Below, one piece after another: positions 1 to 9,980 of a DNA stretch of 64,000 bases. Source of the stretch: Actinomycetota bacterium (GTDB taxonomy: Bacteria > Actinomycetota > Actinomycetes > S36-B12 > UBA5976); NCBI GenBank assembly GCA_016870575.1, contig VGBH01000001.1, positions 27,083 through 91,082 on the forward strand, given 5' to 3'. The stretch's first letter is position 1. Each line of letters starts with the position of its first letter. The position numbers and the translations under genes were made by a program. The notes beneath the pieces are model-generated. The model was not told the DNA's origin. It was given only the letters and a program-made list of their open reading frames with translations, and ran no database searches.

Positions 1-350
1 ATGAAGGTGCTGTTAAAGAACCAATGCAAATGCAACCAAAACAGGAGTTACTGCAGGCTCTACTATCTGGTTCAGCAAATCAATTAGCAACTCAGTTAAC
101 CAATGATCTACAACCAGCAGCACTTGCAATTGCACCTAAACTTCAACGAGTAATTGATGCCGCAATGGATGATGGTGCGCTAGCCGCGTTGGTTGCTGGA
201 TCTGGACCAACCTGCGTTGCGCTAGTAAAAGATTATGAACACGCACTTGATGTTGCAGCTCGCATTTCTGGCCAAAATGTTGCTAGCCGAGTATTGATAA
301 GTCGAGCTCCAGCATCTGGAGCAGAGATTGTCTCTATTGAAAGAGGCTAA
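1..350 (+). CDS. ispE: 4-diphosphocytidyl-2-C-methyl-D-erythritol kinase, C-terminal fragment (5' end lies outside the window)
   Basis: The frame is open from the window edge to TAA at 348-350. It has a GHMP-kinase C-terminal pattern (...LVAGSGPTCVALV...). It sits upstream of the TetR/tRNA-Gln/glmU/prs block, as in other actinobacteria. Confidence 0.7.
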   Translation, partial: EGAVKEPMQMQPKQELLQALLSGSANQLATQLTNDLQPAALAIAPKLQRVIDAAMDDGALAALVAGSGPTCVALVKDYEHALDVAARISGQNVASRVLISRAPASGAEIVSIERG

Positions 351-832
351 TCATTAAATTGTTTTGTCAATGCTCTAAGTATTCTTGCAAGTTCAGTTCG
401 TTGAGACGTTGATAAATCATCTAACAAATCTGCTTCGATCTTGAGCAATTCCTGAAAGGCAGTATCAACTAAAGATTTACCTTCTTCAGTAATTGACACG
501 ATGATGCTCCTACCATCTTTAACATCAGGTTTACGAGATACCAAGCCACGTTTTTCTAGTTGGTCAATTCGGTTTGTCATTGTGCCTGATGTAACTAGAT
601 TTTCTTTGATTAACTGTCTTGGTGGTAAAGAATAAGGTTTACCTGAGCGACGCAATGATGCCAAAACATCAAACTCCCAAGGTTCAAGTTTGGCTTTTGA
701 AAAGGCAAGCTTTTTCACTGAATCTAAGTGATGTGCAAGTCTTGAAACCCGAGATAAAACTTGCAGTGCAGATAAATCTAGGTCTGGCCGTTCCCGTTGC
801 CAGGCGGCGACGATTTGATCAACCTCATCCAT
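347..832 (-). CDS. MarR-family transcriptional regulator
   Basis: 161-aa ORF with a winged-helix MarR pattern (...LVTSGTMTNRIDQLEKRGLVSRKPDVKDGRSIIVSITEEG...). Confidence 0.8.
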   Translation of the reverse strand: MDEVDQIVAAWQRERPDLDLSALQVLSRVSRLAHHLDSVKKLAFSKAKLEPWEFDVLASLRRSGKPYSLPPRQLIKENLVTSGTMTNRIDQLEKRGLVSRKPDVKDGRSIIVSITEEGKSLVDTAFQELLKIEADLLDDLSTSQRTELARILRALTKQFND

Positions 833-833
833 C

Positions 834-1481
834 TCAGTACTTAGGTTTAGGTTCTAAGTTTCGTAACCCATTCCAAGCAAGATTCACTAGATGCGCAACA
901 ACTAACTCTCTCTTTGGTCGCTTTGGTGCATCTAACCACCACTGCCCAGTTAGTGAAACCATTCCCACTAAGGCATGCGCATATAACGGCGCTGTGCCTT
1001 TATCAAATCCATTCTTAGTTAACTCAACCGCTAAAAGTGTTTCTGCCTGTGCTGCAAAATCTCTAATCAATCCAGCGAACCGAGATTCATCAATTGTTCT
1101 AGGTGCGTCACGAACTAAAATCCGAAACCCATCTTCTGATTCTTCAATATATTGAAAAAATGCTTCAGCTGCGTGTTGTACAACTTTTCGAGCACCACCA
1201 CCGTCAAATGCGGCAGATACTAAATTGATTAATCGATTTAACTCTCGATCAACAATCACCGCATATACGCCATCTTTACCACCGAAATGTTCATATATGA
1301 CGGGTTTTGTGACACCAGCGCTGAGCGCTATTTCTTCCACTGAAACTGCTTCATACCCTTTTTCCGCAAATAATTTTCGAGCGATACCAATGAGTTGTTC
1401 GCGGCGCGAAGCCGCTGTCATTCGTGATTTTGCCCCAATTTTGCTGTGATTGATTGGGTCAGATTCGGTGGTTGCCATCAT
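834..1481 (-). CDS. TetR-family transcriptional regulator
   Basis: 215-aa ORF with an N-terminal TetR helix-turn-helix (...FAEKGYEAVSVEEIALSAGVTKPVIYEHFGGKDGVY...). A TACCTT hexamer lies 5 nt upstream of the ATG, a leaderless-type arrangement. Confidence 0.85.
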   Translation of the reverse strand: MMATTESDPINHSKIGAKSRMTAASRREQLIGIARKLFAEKGYEAVSVEEIALSAGVTKPVIYEHFGGKDGVYAVIVDRELNRLINLVSAAFDGGGARKVVQHAAEAFFQYIEESEDGFRILVRDAPRTIDESRFAGLIRDFAAQAETLLAVELTKNGFDKGTAPLYAHALVGMVSLTGQWWLDAPKRPKRELVVAHLVNLAWNGLRNLEPKPKY

Positions 1482-1572
1482 CTCCGAAGGTAGTGCAACT
1501 ACGGGGCACGGGTTGATTGGAGCGGTTGGCTAACCTTACCCCTTGGGTTTGGTTCAGAATGAACTAACCAAT

Positions 1573-1643
1573 TCCGGGATAGTGTAATGGCAGCACTCAG
1601 GTCTTTGGATCCTGCTGTGAAGGTTCGAGTCCTTCTCCCGGAG
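1573..1643 (+). tRNA. tRNA-Gln (anticodon UUG)
   Basis: Hand-folded cloverleaf: acceptor TCCGGGA/TCCCGGA, T-arm GAAGG-TTCGAGT-CCTTC, anticodon loop CTTTGGA, 71 nt. CCA is not encoded. Confidence 0.85.
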
Positions 1644-1686
1644 CGCACTAGAGTTCTACCCAGCAAGCCAGAGTGATTGGGGCTTA

Positions 1687-3138
1687 GTGGCAACAGTTGT
1701 AATAGTGCTAGCAGCCGGAGCCGGCACGCGAATGCAATCTAATCTGGCGAAAGTGCTGCACCCAATTGCCGGTTTATCAATCATTAGTCACGTTCTCAAT
1801 GCAGCTTCATCACTAAATGCAGATCACACTGTTGTTGTGGTAGGGCATCAACGTGCAGCCGTAATGGAGTATTTAGCAACATCGCATCCAAATGTAATTA
1901 CTGCCGTTCAAGAGAAGCAAAATGGCACTGGTGATGCCACATCGGTGGGACTTACTGCATTAGCTGCAACTGGGGTAGCGCTGAAAGACCAGGACAATGT
2001 AATTGTGCTCGCTGGGGATATTCCGCTTATTCGTCCCGAAACTTTGCAGCCACTACACAATTTAGATCGTGATGCAGTTGTAGTTACCGCAATCGAGGAC
2101 AATCCAACAGGATATGGTCGAATAATTCGCAGTGGCGATTTAGTAATTCAAATAGTGGAAGAAAAAGATGCAAGTTCTCAGCAGCGAGATATCTTGGAGA
2201 TTAATTCCGGTATTTATGCAATCAAGCATCAACACTTAGTTAATCATCTCTCAAATCTGTCCACAAACAATGCGTCTACTGAAAAATATCTAACTGATGT
2301 TGTAAAGGCTATTGCAGATAGTGGCGGCAAAGTTCTTGCTTCATTAGTTGATGCAGATGATGTAATGGGTGTTAATGACAAAGAGCAATTAGCCCAAGCA
2401 AATGGATTGCTTTCTGATCGCATTGCGCAATATTGGCTACATCAAGGCGTCACAATGCTAGATCCAAGTTCCACCTGGATTGATGTACAGGTAAATCTGG
2501 CTGCAGACGTTGTGCTTTATCCAAATGTATACCTCGAAGGCACTACTAGTGTTGAATCTGGAGCAGTTATTGGCCCAGATACGGTTTTGCGAAATTGCAA
2601 AGTTGGTGCCGGAGCAAAAGTAATTAGCAGTAGGTGTATTGGTTCAACAATTGCAGCGCAAGCATCAGTTGGTCCATTTAGTTATTTAAGGGCAGAAACG
2701 TCACTTGCTGAACATTCTAAAGTTGGTGCATTTGTTGAGGTAAAGAAAAGTAGAATTGGTCGAGGTAGCAAAGTGCTGCATTTAACATATGTTGGTGATG
2801 CCCAAATTGGTGAAGAATCAAATATTGGTGCGTCAACAGTTTTTGTAAATTATGACGGCGAACAGAAACACAACACAATTGTTGGTGATCACGTTCGGAT
2901 TGGCTCAGACAATATGCTGGTAGCACCAGTTGAGATAGGCGATGGTGCATATACGGCAGCAGGTTCAGTAATTACTGAGAACGTTCCCCCAGGCGCAATG
3001 GCTATTGGTCGCTCTCGGCAACGAAACATTTTTGGTTGGGTGTTAAAAAAACGTGCTGGAAGTAAGAGTGCCGCTGCAGCCGAAAAGCATTCGCAATCAG
3101 ATATCTTCCCACCAACAAACAACTCGGAGGAAGCATGA
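1687..3138 (+). CDS. glmU: bifunctional UDP-N-acetylglucosamine pyrophosphorylase / glucosamine-1-phosphate N-acetyltransferase
   Basis: 483 aa with an N-terminal LAAGAGTRM nucleotidyltransferase motif and C-terminal hexapeptide-repeat beta-helix. GTG start. It overlaps prs by 4 nt. Confidence 0.95.
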   Translation: MATVVIVLAAGAGTRMQSNLAKVLHPIAGLSIISHVLNAASSLNADHTVVVVGHQRAAVMEYLATSHPNVITAVQEKQNGTGDATSVGLTALAATGVALKDQDNVIVLAGDIPLIRPETLQPLHNLDRDAVVVTAIEDNPTGYGRIIRSGDLVIQIVEEKDASSQQRDILEINSGIYAIKHQHLVNHLSNLSTNNASTEKYLTDVVKAIADSGGKVLASLVDADDVMGVNDKEQLAQANGLLSDRIAQYWLHQGVTMLDPSSTWIDVQVNLAADVVLYPNVYLEGTTSVESGAVIGPDTVLRNCKVGAGAKVISSRCIGSTIAAQASVGPFSYLRAETSLAEHSKVGAFVEVKKSRIGRGSKVLHLTYVGDAQIGEESNIGASTVFVNYDGEQKHNTIVGDHVRIGSDNMLVAPVEIGDGAYTAAGSVITENVPPGAMAIGRSRQRNIFGWVLKKRAGSKSAAAAEKHSQSDIFPPTNNSEEA

Positions 3139-4127
3139 CGCTAACGCATAACAACAATAAGAAATTAATGTTGTTTGCTGGAAGATCACATCCAGAGTTG
3201 GCTCAACGGGTTGCCAATGAACTTGGCGAAGAGCTCGTACCAACAACCGCATATGACTTTGCTAATGGTGAGATCTTTGTTCGGTTTGAAGAGTCAGTGC
3301 GCGGTGCTGATGCGTTTGTAATGCAAGCACACACTGAACCCATTAACAAATGGATTATGGAGCATTTAATTATGATTGATGCGCTTCGTCGCGCATCAGC
3401 GAAGCGAATTAGTGTGATTATGCCATTTTATGGATATGCGCGGCAGGATAAAAAGCATCGGGGCAGAGAACCAATTACCGCTCGTCTGCTAGCAGATCTA
3501 TATCAAACAGCTGGTGCAGATAGATTAATAGTTGTTGATCTACATACATCGCAGATTCAAGGATTTTTTGACGGTCCCGTTGACCATTTGTTTGCATTGA
3601 ATTTATTAGCTTCACATGTTCGTTCCAAAGCTGATCCAAAAAAGATTACGGTTGTTTCGCCTGATGCAGGTCGTGTACGCGTCGCAGAGCGCTGGACTGA
3701 TGTCTTGGGCAGTCCGTTAGCAATCATTCATAAGCGAAGAGATCCAAATGTGCCAAATCAAGTCAAGATGTTTGAAGTTGTTGGAGATGTTAAAGATCGC
3801 ATTTGTGTTGTAGTTGATGACATGATTGATACCGGTGGAACTATTGCAACTGCTGCTGAAACTTTAATGGAAAATGGTGCTGCCAGCGTTATGGTTGCTG
3901 CAACTCATGGAATTTTGAGTTCGCCAGCTGCTGAACGTCTTGCAAATGCGCCAATTAGTGACGTTATTGTCACTGACACACTTCCAATAATTCCAGAAAA
4001 GCGTTTTGACAAACTAACAGTGCTTTCAATAGCACCACTTCTGGCTGAGGCAGTTAGAGAAGTGTTTTCTGAGGGTTCGGTTACTCGATTAGTGGAAGAT
4101 CAACCGATGCTGTTTAAGAATCACTAG
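3135..4127 (+). CDS. prs: ribose-phosphate pyrophosphokinase
   Basis: 330 aa with the PRPP-binding loop VVDDMIDTGGT and DLHTSQIQGFF. Confidence 0.95.
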   Translation: MTLTHNNNKKLMLFAGRSHPELAQRVANELGEELVPTTAYDFANGEIFVRFEESVRGADAFVMQAHTEPINKWIMEHLIMIDALRRASAKRISVIMPFYGYARQDKKHRGREPITARLLADLYQTAGADRLIVVDLHTSQIQGFFDGPVDHLFALNLLASHVRSKADPKKITVVSPDAGRVRVAERWTDVLGSPLAIIHKRRDPNVPNQVKMFEVVGDVKDRICVVVDDMIDTGGTIATAAETLMENGAASVMVAATHGILSSPAAERLANAPISDVIVTDTLPIIPEKRFDKLTVLSIAPLLAEAVREVFSEGSVTRLVEDQPMLFKNH

Positions 4128-4215
4128 CCCAAGTCCAGACAAATTTGGTTGTTCGCTATTCTTCATCCAGCTTCGGCGAGGGTGCAAACCGTCATCGACG
4201 TGGCGTTTTAGTTGC

Positions 4216-4244
4216 CTCCTGAAGCCAAAATCAATATTCAGGAG
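4216..4244 (+). promoter_or_regulatory. hairpin that sequesters the rplY Shine-Dalgarno sequence
   Basis: CTCCTGAA (4216-4223) pairs perfectly with TTCAGGAG (4237-4244) across a 13-nt loop. The 3' arm contains the AGGAG located 5 nt before the ATG at 4250. Confidence 0.3.
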
Positions 4245-4249
4245 TTGAA

Positions 4250-4558
4250 ATGTCAGTAGTTAAGTTAACCGCCAATGAGCGAAAAGAATTCGGTAAAGGT
4301 GCATCACGTCGATTGCGAAGCGCTGGACAGGTACCGGTAGTTGTTTATGGTCAGGGTGGGGCAGCAGCTCACTATTCAGTCGATGCGCATGACTTAGGTT
4401 TAGCTTTACGTAATCCAAAAAATATTATTGAGTTAGATATCGCTGGCAAGAGCGTCTCAACTGCAGCAAGGGATATACAAAAAGATTATATTCACAACTC
4501 GGTAAAGCATGTGGATTTAGTTTTGTTAACTCCTGCTGAAGTTGCTGCTCGTTCATAA
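4250..4558 (+). CDS. rplY: 50S ribosomal protein L25, short single-domain form
   Basis: 102 aa with an L25 N-terminal domain pattern (...ERKEFGKGASRRLRSAGQVPVVVYG...). It sits between prs and pth. Confidence 0.85.
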   Translation: MSVVKLTANERKEFGKGASRRLRSAGQVPVVVYGQGGAAAHYSVDAHDLGLALRNPKNIIELDIAGKSVSTAARDIQKDYIHNSVKHVDLVLLTPAEVAARS

Positions 4559-4564
4559 TTTCAC

Positions 4565-5152
4565 GTGAACTTAAAAAAAACTTGGCTGATAGTTGGATTA
4601 GGAAATCCTGGATCAAAATATTCAGGAACTAGACATAATATTGGTGCAAGTGCAGTAGCTTCGATTGCAAACGCTTTGAGTGAAAAGTCAAGCAAACATA
4701 AAAGAGTTCTCGCAGATGTTTGCGAAACACGAATTGCTGAGCATCGAGTTGTATTGGCAGTCCCACATTCATATATGAATGAATCGGGAGGAGCTGTTGC
4801 TGCGTTGCTAAATTATTACAACTTAAGTTTAGAGACGTTAATAGTGCTTCATGATGAGTTAGATATTCCAGCATTGAGTTTAAGGGTGAAATTTGGTGGT
4901 GGCGATAATGGACATAATGGCTTGAAGAGCATTCGTTCCTCAATTAATTCTGGCGATTTCTATCGAGTCAGAATGGGTATTGGACGACCGCAGGCAAACC
5001 AGGATCCAGCCGATTATGTGTTGCAAAATTTTTCATCAGTAGAAAAAGTAGAATTAAGTAAAACTTTTAATCGCGCTCACCAACTGATTGAAAGTTTAAT
5101 AGTAAACGGATTGGCTCAGACCCAAAATGAGTTTCATCGGGGGGAAGATTAA
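4565..5152 (+). CDS. pth: peptidyl-tRNA hydrolase
   Basis: 195 aa with GLGNPG...YSGTRHNIG and HDELD motifs. Confidence 0.95.
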   Translation: MNLKKTWLIVGLGNPGSKYSGTRHNIGASAVASIANALSEKSSKHKRVLADVCETRIAEHRVVLAVPHSYMNESGGAVAALLNYYNLSLETLIVLHDELDIPALSLRVKFGGGDNGHNGLKSIRSSINSGDFYRVRMGIGRPQANQDPADYVLQNFSSVEKVELSKTFNRAHQLIESLIVNGLAQTQNEFHRGED

Positions 5153-5155
5153 TAA

Positions 5156-5923
5156 ATGCTGACTGATGCTGAGCTAGCTAAAAATATTGCAAAATCAGCT
5201 GGTGATTTGCTTATGAGTTTAAGAGCGAATTTTTCCGGCGATTTAGATGACTTGCGCGATACAGGAGATGCTCAAGCACAAACACTAATCTCCGGTTTGA
5301 TATCTGAGAATCGACCTGATGATGCAATCCTGAGTGAAGAAGCGGTTGATGATCTTGCAAGGTTAAATGCAGACCGTGTTTGGATTATTGATCCGTTAGA
5401 TGGCACTTGGGAATATGGCGAGGGAAGATGGGATTGGGCGGTGCACATTGCACTGTGGCAGCGAAGCGCTGATGACATAACTGATGCAGCAATATATTTG
5501 CCAGCAACAGGACAATTGTTTTCTACCGATGTTCCGCCAGTATTACCGAAGTGGCCCTTAGATTCGGCAAAGATAGTAGTAAGTAGGACACGTCCACCAA
5601 AGCGGCTAACTGAAATACAAAGTCAGATCAGTGAGTTACTTCGAAAAGAAAAGTTAGCCCAATCATTAGAGTTGCTAGAAGTTGGTTCAGCCGGTGCTAA
5701 AACGGCAGCTCTTATAACTGGAGAAGCACAGCTTTATATTCATGATGGAGGACTAAGTGAATGGGATGCGGCAGCTCCATTTGCTATCGCTAAAGCGGCT
5801 GGATTAGTTGTAAAGCATTTTGATGGAAGTGAATTAAAGTACAATAAAGCTCAAGTTAAATTAGCGGCAATTTACCTCGCTACGCCAAAAATGGCTGACT
5901 TATTGAACCAAATTGAGTTGTGA
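5156..5923 (+). CDS. inositol monophosphatase / 3'(2'),5'-bisphosphate nucleotidase (CysQ-like) family protein
   Basis: 255 aa with IMPase-family metal motifs (...LSEE..., WIIDPLDGTWEY). Confidence 0.75.
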   Translation: MLTDAELAKNIAKSAGDLLMSLRANFSGDLDDLRDTGDAQAQTLISGLISENRPDDAILSEEAVDDLARLNADRVWIIDPLDGTWEYGEGRWDWAVHIALWQRSADDITDAAIYLPATGQLFSTDVPPVLPKWPLDSAKIVVSRTRPPKRLTEIQSQISELLRKEKLAQSLELLEVGSAGAKTAALITGEAQLYIHDGGLSEWDAAAPFAIAKAAGLVVKHFDGSELKYNKAQVKLAAIYLATPKMADLLNQIEL

Positions 5924-5929
5924 TCTAAC

Positions 5930-8900
5930 GTGTCACTAGCTGGCTTGCTTAAATACAGTTCTAAATCACCAGGATTGATTGAGCTATCAAATAATGGCTT
6001 TCAAAATGACCAGATAGTTAACGCCGCAAAGGCCTTGCACCCATTTGTGATTGCAAATGCAGCTTCAAATTCACAAACTATTATCGCGGTAACATCAACT
6101 AGTCGGGAAAGTGAAGACCTAGCAGCTGCAATATCTGATCTTGATTCAGATTTGACGGTTCGGGTTTTTCCAGCTTGGGAAACATTACCCCACGAAAAGT
6201 TAAGTCCTAGCAGAGAAGTTGTTGGAAAAAGAATTGCGCTCATTCATGAAATTAGGTCAGGCCAAAAATTAGATGTCATATGTGTTCCGCTGAGATCAAT
6301 GTTGCAACCATTCCCAAGTAACGTAGGTGAGCAAGCTCCATTATCACTTCAAGTGGGCGACAACATCGCCATAGAAGACTTGTCTAAAAGTTTAGTTCGA
6401 TTAGGTTATGAGCGTGTTGATTTAGTTGAACGTCGCGGACAAATTGCGATTAGAGGCGGCATAGTTGATGTCTTTTCGCCATTAGATAATCATCCTATTC
6501 GAATTGAATTTTGGGATGAGACCATAGATCAGCTAAGAAAGTTTAATGTTGCTGATCAACGCAGCATTAATGAAAAAGTTGAAAAAATCATTGCCCCAGG
6601 ATGTAGGGAAATATTACTCACTGAAGAAGTTAAGGAACGAGCAGCCCAGTTAGCATTAACCCAGCCTCTTTTTGCAGAATCCCTAACCGCAGTTGCTGAT
6701 GGCCGGTTGATTGACGGAATTGAATCCCTAGTCCCATTGCTAGTAGATGAGTTAAGCGTATTGGTAGAACTTTTGCCAAAAAATTCAAGCGTAGTGCTTT
6801 TAGAACCAGAGCGGATCAGATCTCGGGCTGAAGACTTAATTGAAACATCAGCAGAGTTTCTGCAGGCAGCCTGGTCAGTTGCAGCAAGTGGCGGATCTTC
6901 CCCGTTAAATTTAGATGCTTCTTCCTTTCGGTCATTAGGTGAACTACACGCAATTGCATTACAACATCAAGTTAATTGGAGCTCAGTTACTGCGTTAACA
7001 AGAGATGCCGAAGTTTCCAATTCAAGAATAATTGCAATTACAACAAATGAAGTATCTGGGTACAAATCAGATTTAGACAAAGTTGCAAATGATCTAAGTT
7101 CAGCAATTGATGCTGGTGCAGCAGTTGTAGTTGTGGCAGCAGGTGCAGGTTCAGCTCAAAGATATGCTGAATCTCTAACTGAACGCGGATTTAAGTTATC
7201 GAACACGATTTCATCGGGAAAAGTTTGGGTTACAAGTGGACAACTTACTTCTGGCTTTGAAATGCCTGAGTTATTTTTGCTCACTGAATCAGAGATAACT
7301 GGATTACCAAGCGCAATTTCAAGTCAAAACAAATTACCAACTAAGCGCAAAAGGCAAATTGACCCACTGTCACTTACTCCTGGCGATTACATCGTTCACG
7401 ATAATCACGGTATCGGTAAATTTCTGGAATTAATTGAACGAACAACAGCAGGTGCTACTAGAGAATATCTGGTTGTCGAATATGCGCCAAGTAAACGTGG
7501 GCAACCGGGAGATCGACTTTATCTGCCAACTGATCAGTTAGATCAGGTTAGCAAGTACGTTGGTGGTGAAACCCCAGAACTGAGCAAGATGGGTGGATCT
7601 GACTGGCAGCGAGCAAAAAGTCGAGCGCGAAAAGCAGTTAAAGAAATTGCAAGTGAGTTGATTCGACTTTATGCAGCTCGGCAAGCAGCACCCGGCTTTC
7701 AATTCTCTCCCGATACACCGTGGCAACATGAATTAGAAGATGCTTTTCCTTATCAAGAAACACCAGATCAGCTAGCAACAATTGAAGAAGTAAAGGCTGA
7801 TATGGAACGACCCATTCCAATGGATCGCGTAGTTTGTGGCGATGTGGGATTTGGAAAAACTGAGATTGCTCTAAGAGCTGCGTTCAAGGCGACTCAAGAT
7901 GGCAAACAGGTAGCAGTGCTAGCGCCAACCACGTTGTTGGTTCAACAACACCTTCAAACATTTACCCAAAGATTTGCACCATTTCCAGTTAAAGTCGCGG
8001 CTCTTTCAAGATTTCAGTCAGATAAAGAAGCAAAACAGGTAGTTGCAGATCTTGCGACTGGGAAAATTGATGTAGTTATTGGAACTCATCGCTTGTTGGG
8101 TAATGAAGTAGTTTTTAGAGACTTAGGTTTGGTGGTTATCGATGAGGAGCAACGTTTTGGTGTTGAGCACAAAGAACATCTGAAAGCACTTAGAGCACAT
8201 GTTGATGTTTTGGCTATGTCAGCAACACCGATACCTCGTACGTTAGAAATGTCAATTACGGGAATCCGAGATATGTCAGTGATGCAAACTCCACCTGAAG
8301 AAAGATTACCCGTGCTTACTTATGTCGGTCCATATGATTTGGGGCAAGTTACCGCAGCTATAAAACGTGAACTGATTCGTGATGGACAAATATTTTTTGT
8401 TCACAATAGAGTTGAATCAATCGACCGAGTTGCTGAAGAACTGCAAGTCGTATTGCCGCAAGCAAGAGTCGCTGTTGCACACGGGCAGATGAGTGAAACA
8501 TCTCTTGAGCAAACTGTAATTAAGTTTTGGCAGCGAGAAATTGATGTTTTGGTTTGTACCACAATTGTGGAATCAGGATTAGATATTCCAAATGCAAACA
8601 CATTAATTGTTGATCGAGCCGAGATGCTTGGACTATCGCAATTACATCAACTTCGTGGCAGAGTTGGCCGCAGTCGTGAGCGCGGATATGCCTATTTTTT
8701 CCATAGTGCCGATCGTGCACTTTCAGATACTGCACATGAACGGTTGGTAACAATCGCCCAGCAAAATACTTTAGGTGCAGGAATGGCTGTTGCGCTTAAG
8801 GATTTAGAAATCCGAGGAGCTGGGAATTTACTAGGTGGAGAGCAAAGTGGACATATTGCTGAGGTTGGTTTTGATTTGTATGTTCGAATGGTTGGAGAGG

Positions 8901-9385
8901 CATTAAACGACTTTCGTGGTCTATCGAGTGAAATAGGTACAGAAATGCGCCTGGAGTTACCTATCAACGCCTATATCCCGCATGACTGGATTATGGAAGA
9001 GCGATTGAGGTTAGAAGCCTATCGACGAATCAGTCAGGCAGATTCGCCCGAGATATTAGAAGATGTTCGAGTCGAACTATCCGACCGATATGGACAGCTT
9101 CCAGGAAGTGTTTCAGCCCTATTTTTGGTTGCGCTATTGCGCATTTATGCAAAAGGTCTTGGCTTAACTGAGATTGTTTTACAGGGCAACAATGTTCGAT
9201 TCGCTCCAATTCTGTTGCCAGATTCGATGCGGATGCGTTTAACTAGACTGTATCCAGGCACGATAGTTAAACCAACAACTCGAACCATTCTGGTACCTTT
9301 GCCTAAACCGACTCCAGAATTACTTACTTGGGTACGAGAACTGCTAGAAACTACAATTGAGCAGCCCATGATTCCGAAGGGATGA
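5930..9385 (+). CDS. mfd: transcription-repair coupling factor
   Basis: 1151 aa with a CarD-like RNAP-interaction region (GDYIVHDNHGIGKF) and superfamily-2 helicase motifs GDVGFGKTE and DEEQRFG. Confidence 0.95.
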   Translation: MSLAGLLKYSSKSPGLIELSNNGFQNDQIVNAAKALHPFVIANAASNSQTIIAVTSTSRESEDLAAAISDLDSDLTVRVFPAWETLPHEKLSPSREVVGKRIALIHEIRSGQKLDVICVPLRSMLQPFPSNVGEQAPLSLQVGDNIAIEDLSKSLVRLGYERVDLVERRGQIAIRGGIVDVFSPLDNHPIRIEFWDETIDQLRKFNVADQRSINEKVEKIIAPGCREILLTEEVKERAAQLALTQPLFAESLTAVADGRLIDGIESLVPLLVDELSVLVELLPKNSSVVLLEPERIRSRAEDLIETSAEFLQAAWSVAASGGSSPLNLDASSFRSLGELHAIALQHQVNWSSVTALTRDAEVSNSRIIAITTNEVSGYKSDLDKVANDLSSAIDAGAAVVVVAAGAGSAQRYAESLTERGFKLSNTISSGKVWVTSGQLTSGFEMPELFLLTESEITGLPSAISSQNKLPTKRKRQIDPLSLTPGDYIVHDNHGIGKFLELIERTTAGATREYLVVEYAPSKRGQPGDRLYLPTDQLDQVSKYVGGETPELSKMGGSDWQRAKSRARKAVKEIASELIRLYAARQAAPGFQFSPDTPWQHELEDAFPYQETPDQLATIEEVKADMERPIPMDRVVCGDVGFGKTEIALRAAFKATQDGKQVAVLAPTTLLVQQHLQTFTQRFAPFPVKVAALSRFQSDKEAKQVVADLATGKIDVVIGTHRLLGNEVVFRDLGLVVIDEEQRFGVEHKEHLKALRAHVDVLAMSATPIPRTLEMSITGIRDMSVMQTPPEERLPVLTYVGPYDLGQVTAAIKRELIRDGQIFFVHNRVESIDRVAEELQVVLPQARVAVAHGQMSETSLEQTVIKFWQREIDVLVCTTIVESGLDIPNANTLIVDRAEMLGLSQLHQLRGRVGRSRERGYAYFFHSADRALSDTAHERLVTIAQQNTLGAGMAVALKDLEIRGAGNLLGGEQSGHIAEVGFDLYVRMVGEALNDFRGLSSEIGTEMRLELPINAYIPHDWIMEERLRLEAYRRISQADSPEILEDVRVELSDRYGQLPGSVSALFLVALLRIYAKGLGLTEIVLQGNNVRFAPILLPDSMRMRLTRLYPGTIVKPTTRTILVPLPKPTPELLTWVRELLETTIEQPMIPKG

Positions 9386-9386
9386 A

Positions 9387-9980
9387 ATGAGATTTCGTAA
9401 GTTTGCACTAGTTGCTGTGATTGCATTACTACTTTCTGGCTGTGGTGCTAGTAATTCGGGTAATGCAGCGCGAGTTGCGGGCACCAATATCTCTGAATCA
9501 GCATTATCTGTAGCAGTGCAAGATCTAGCATCACAAGTAACTGCAAGTGAATTGGGAATATCTGATGCTGAACTTACCATTGAAGTACTAAATAGATTAG
9601 TGATTACTGAATTTATTCGTAAACTTGGGGCGGAAGCAGGAGTTACGGTCACATCAAGCGATGTTGCTGCAGAGCGCTCTCGAGTGCTGGCCGAGTTTGA
9701 GTCAGTGCAAGCAATGGAAGAAGCTGGTCTACAGCAAGCAATTGCACCTTCATTATTAAACAGTGTTTTTGAAATTTCTCTTTTTGTTAACGGAATTGGT
9801 GAAAAACTAGAACCAACTGGGGATGCAGCTGCGCAACAGAGTGCTTTTGAGTCTTTCCTTTCCGCATTTGTTGATAGTGCCGTAATTGAAGTTTCACCGA
9901 AATATGGACAATGGAATGCTGCATCAGCGTCAGTTATCGCTACAACTAATCCTTTAGTGATAGCTCCTGAGGAAAAATAG
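9387..9980 (+). CDS. lipoprotein of unknown function (SurA N-terminal-like)
   Basis: 197 aa with a signal peptide and lipobox LLLSGC. It is packed between mfd (1-nt gap) and mazG (0-nt gap). Confidence 0.6.
   Translation: MRFRKFALVAVIALLLSGCGASNSGNAARVAGTNISESALSVAVQDLASQVTASELGISDAELTIEVLNRLVITEFIRKLGAEAGVTVTSSDVAAERSRVLAEFESVQAMEEAGLQQAIAPSLLNSVFEISLFVNGIGEKLEPTGDAAAQQSAFESFLSAFVDSAVIEVSPKYGQWNAASASVIATTNPLVIAPEEK

Noticed and set aside
619-1155. A 178-aa plus-strand ORF spanning the MarR/TetR junction.
   Set aside because: It is antisense to two well-supported regulators and has no recognisable domain. It is a typical shadow ORF.
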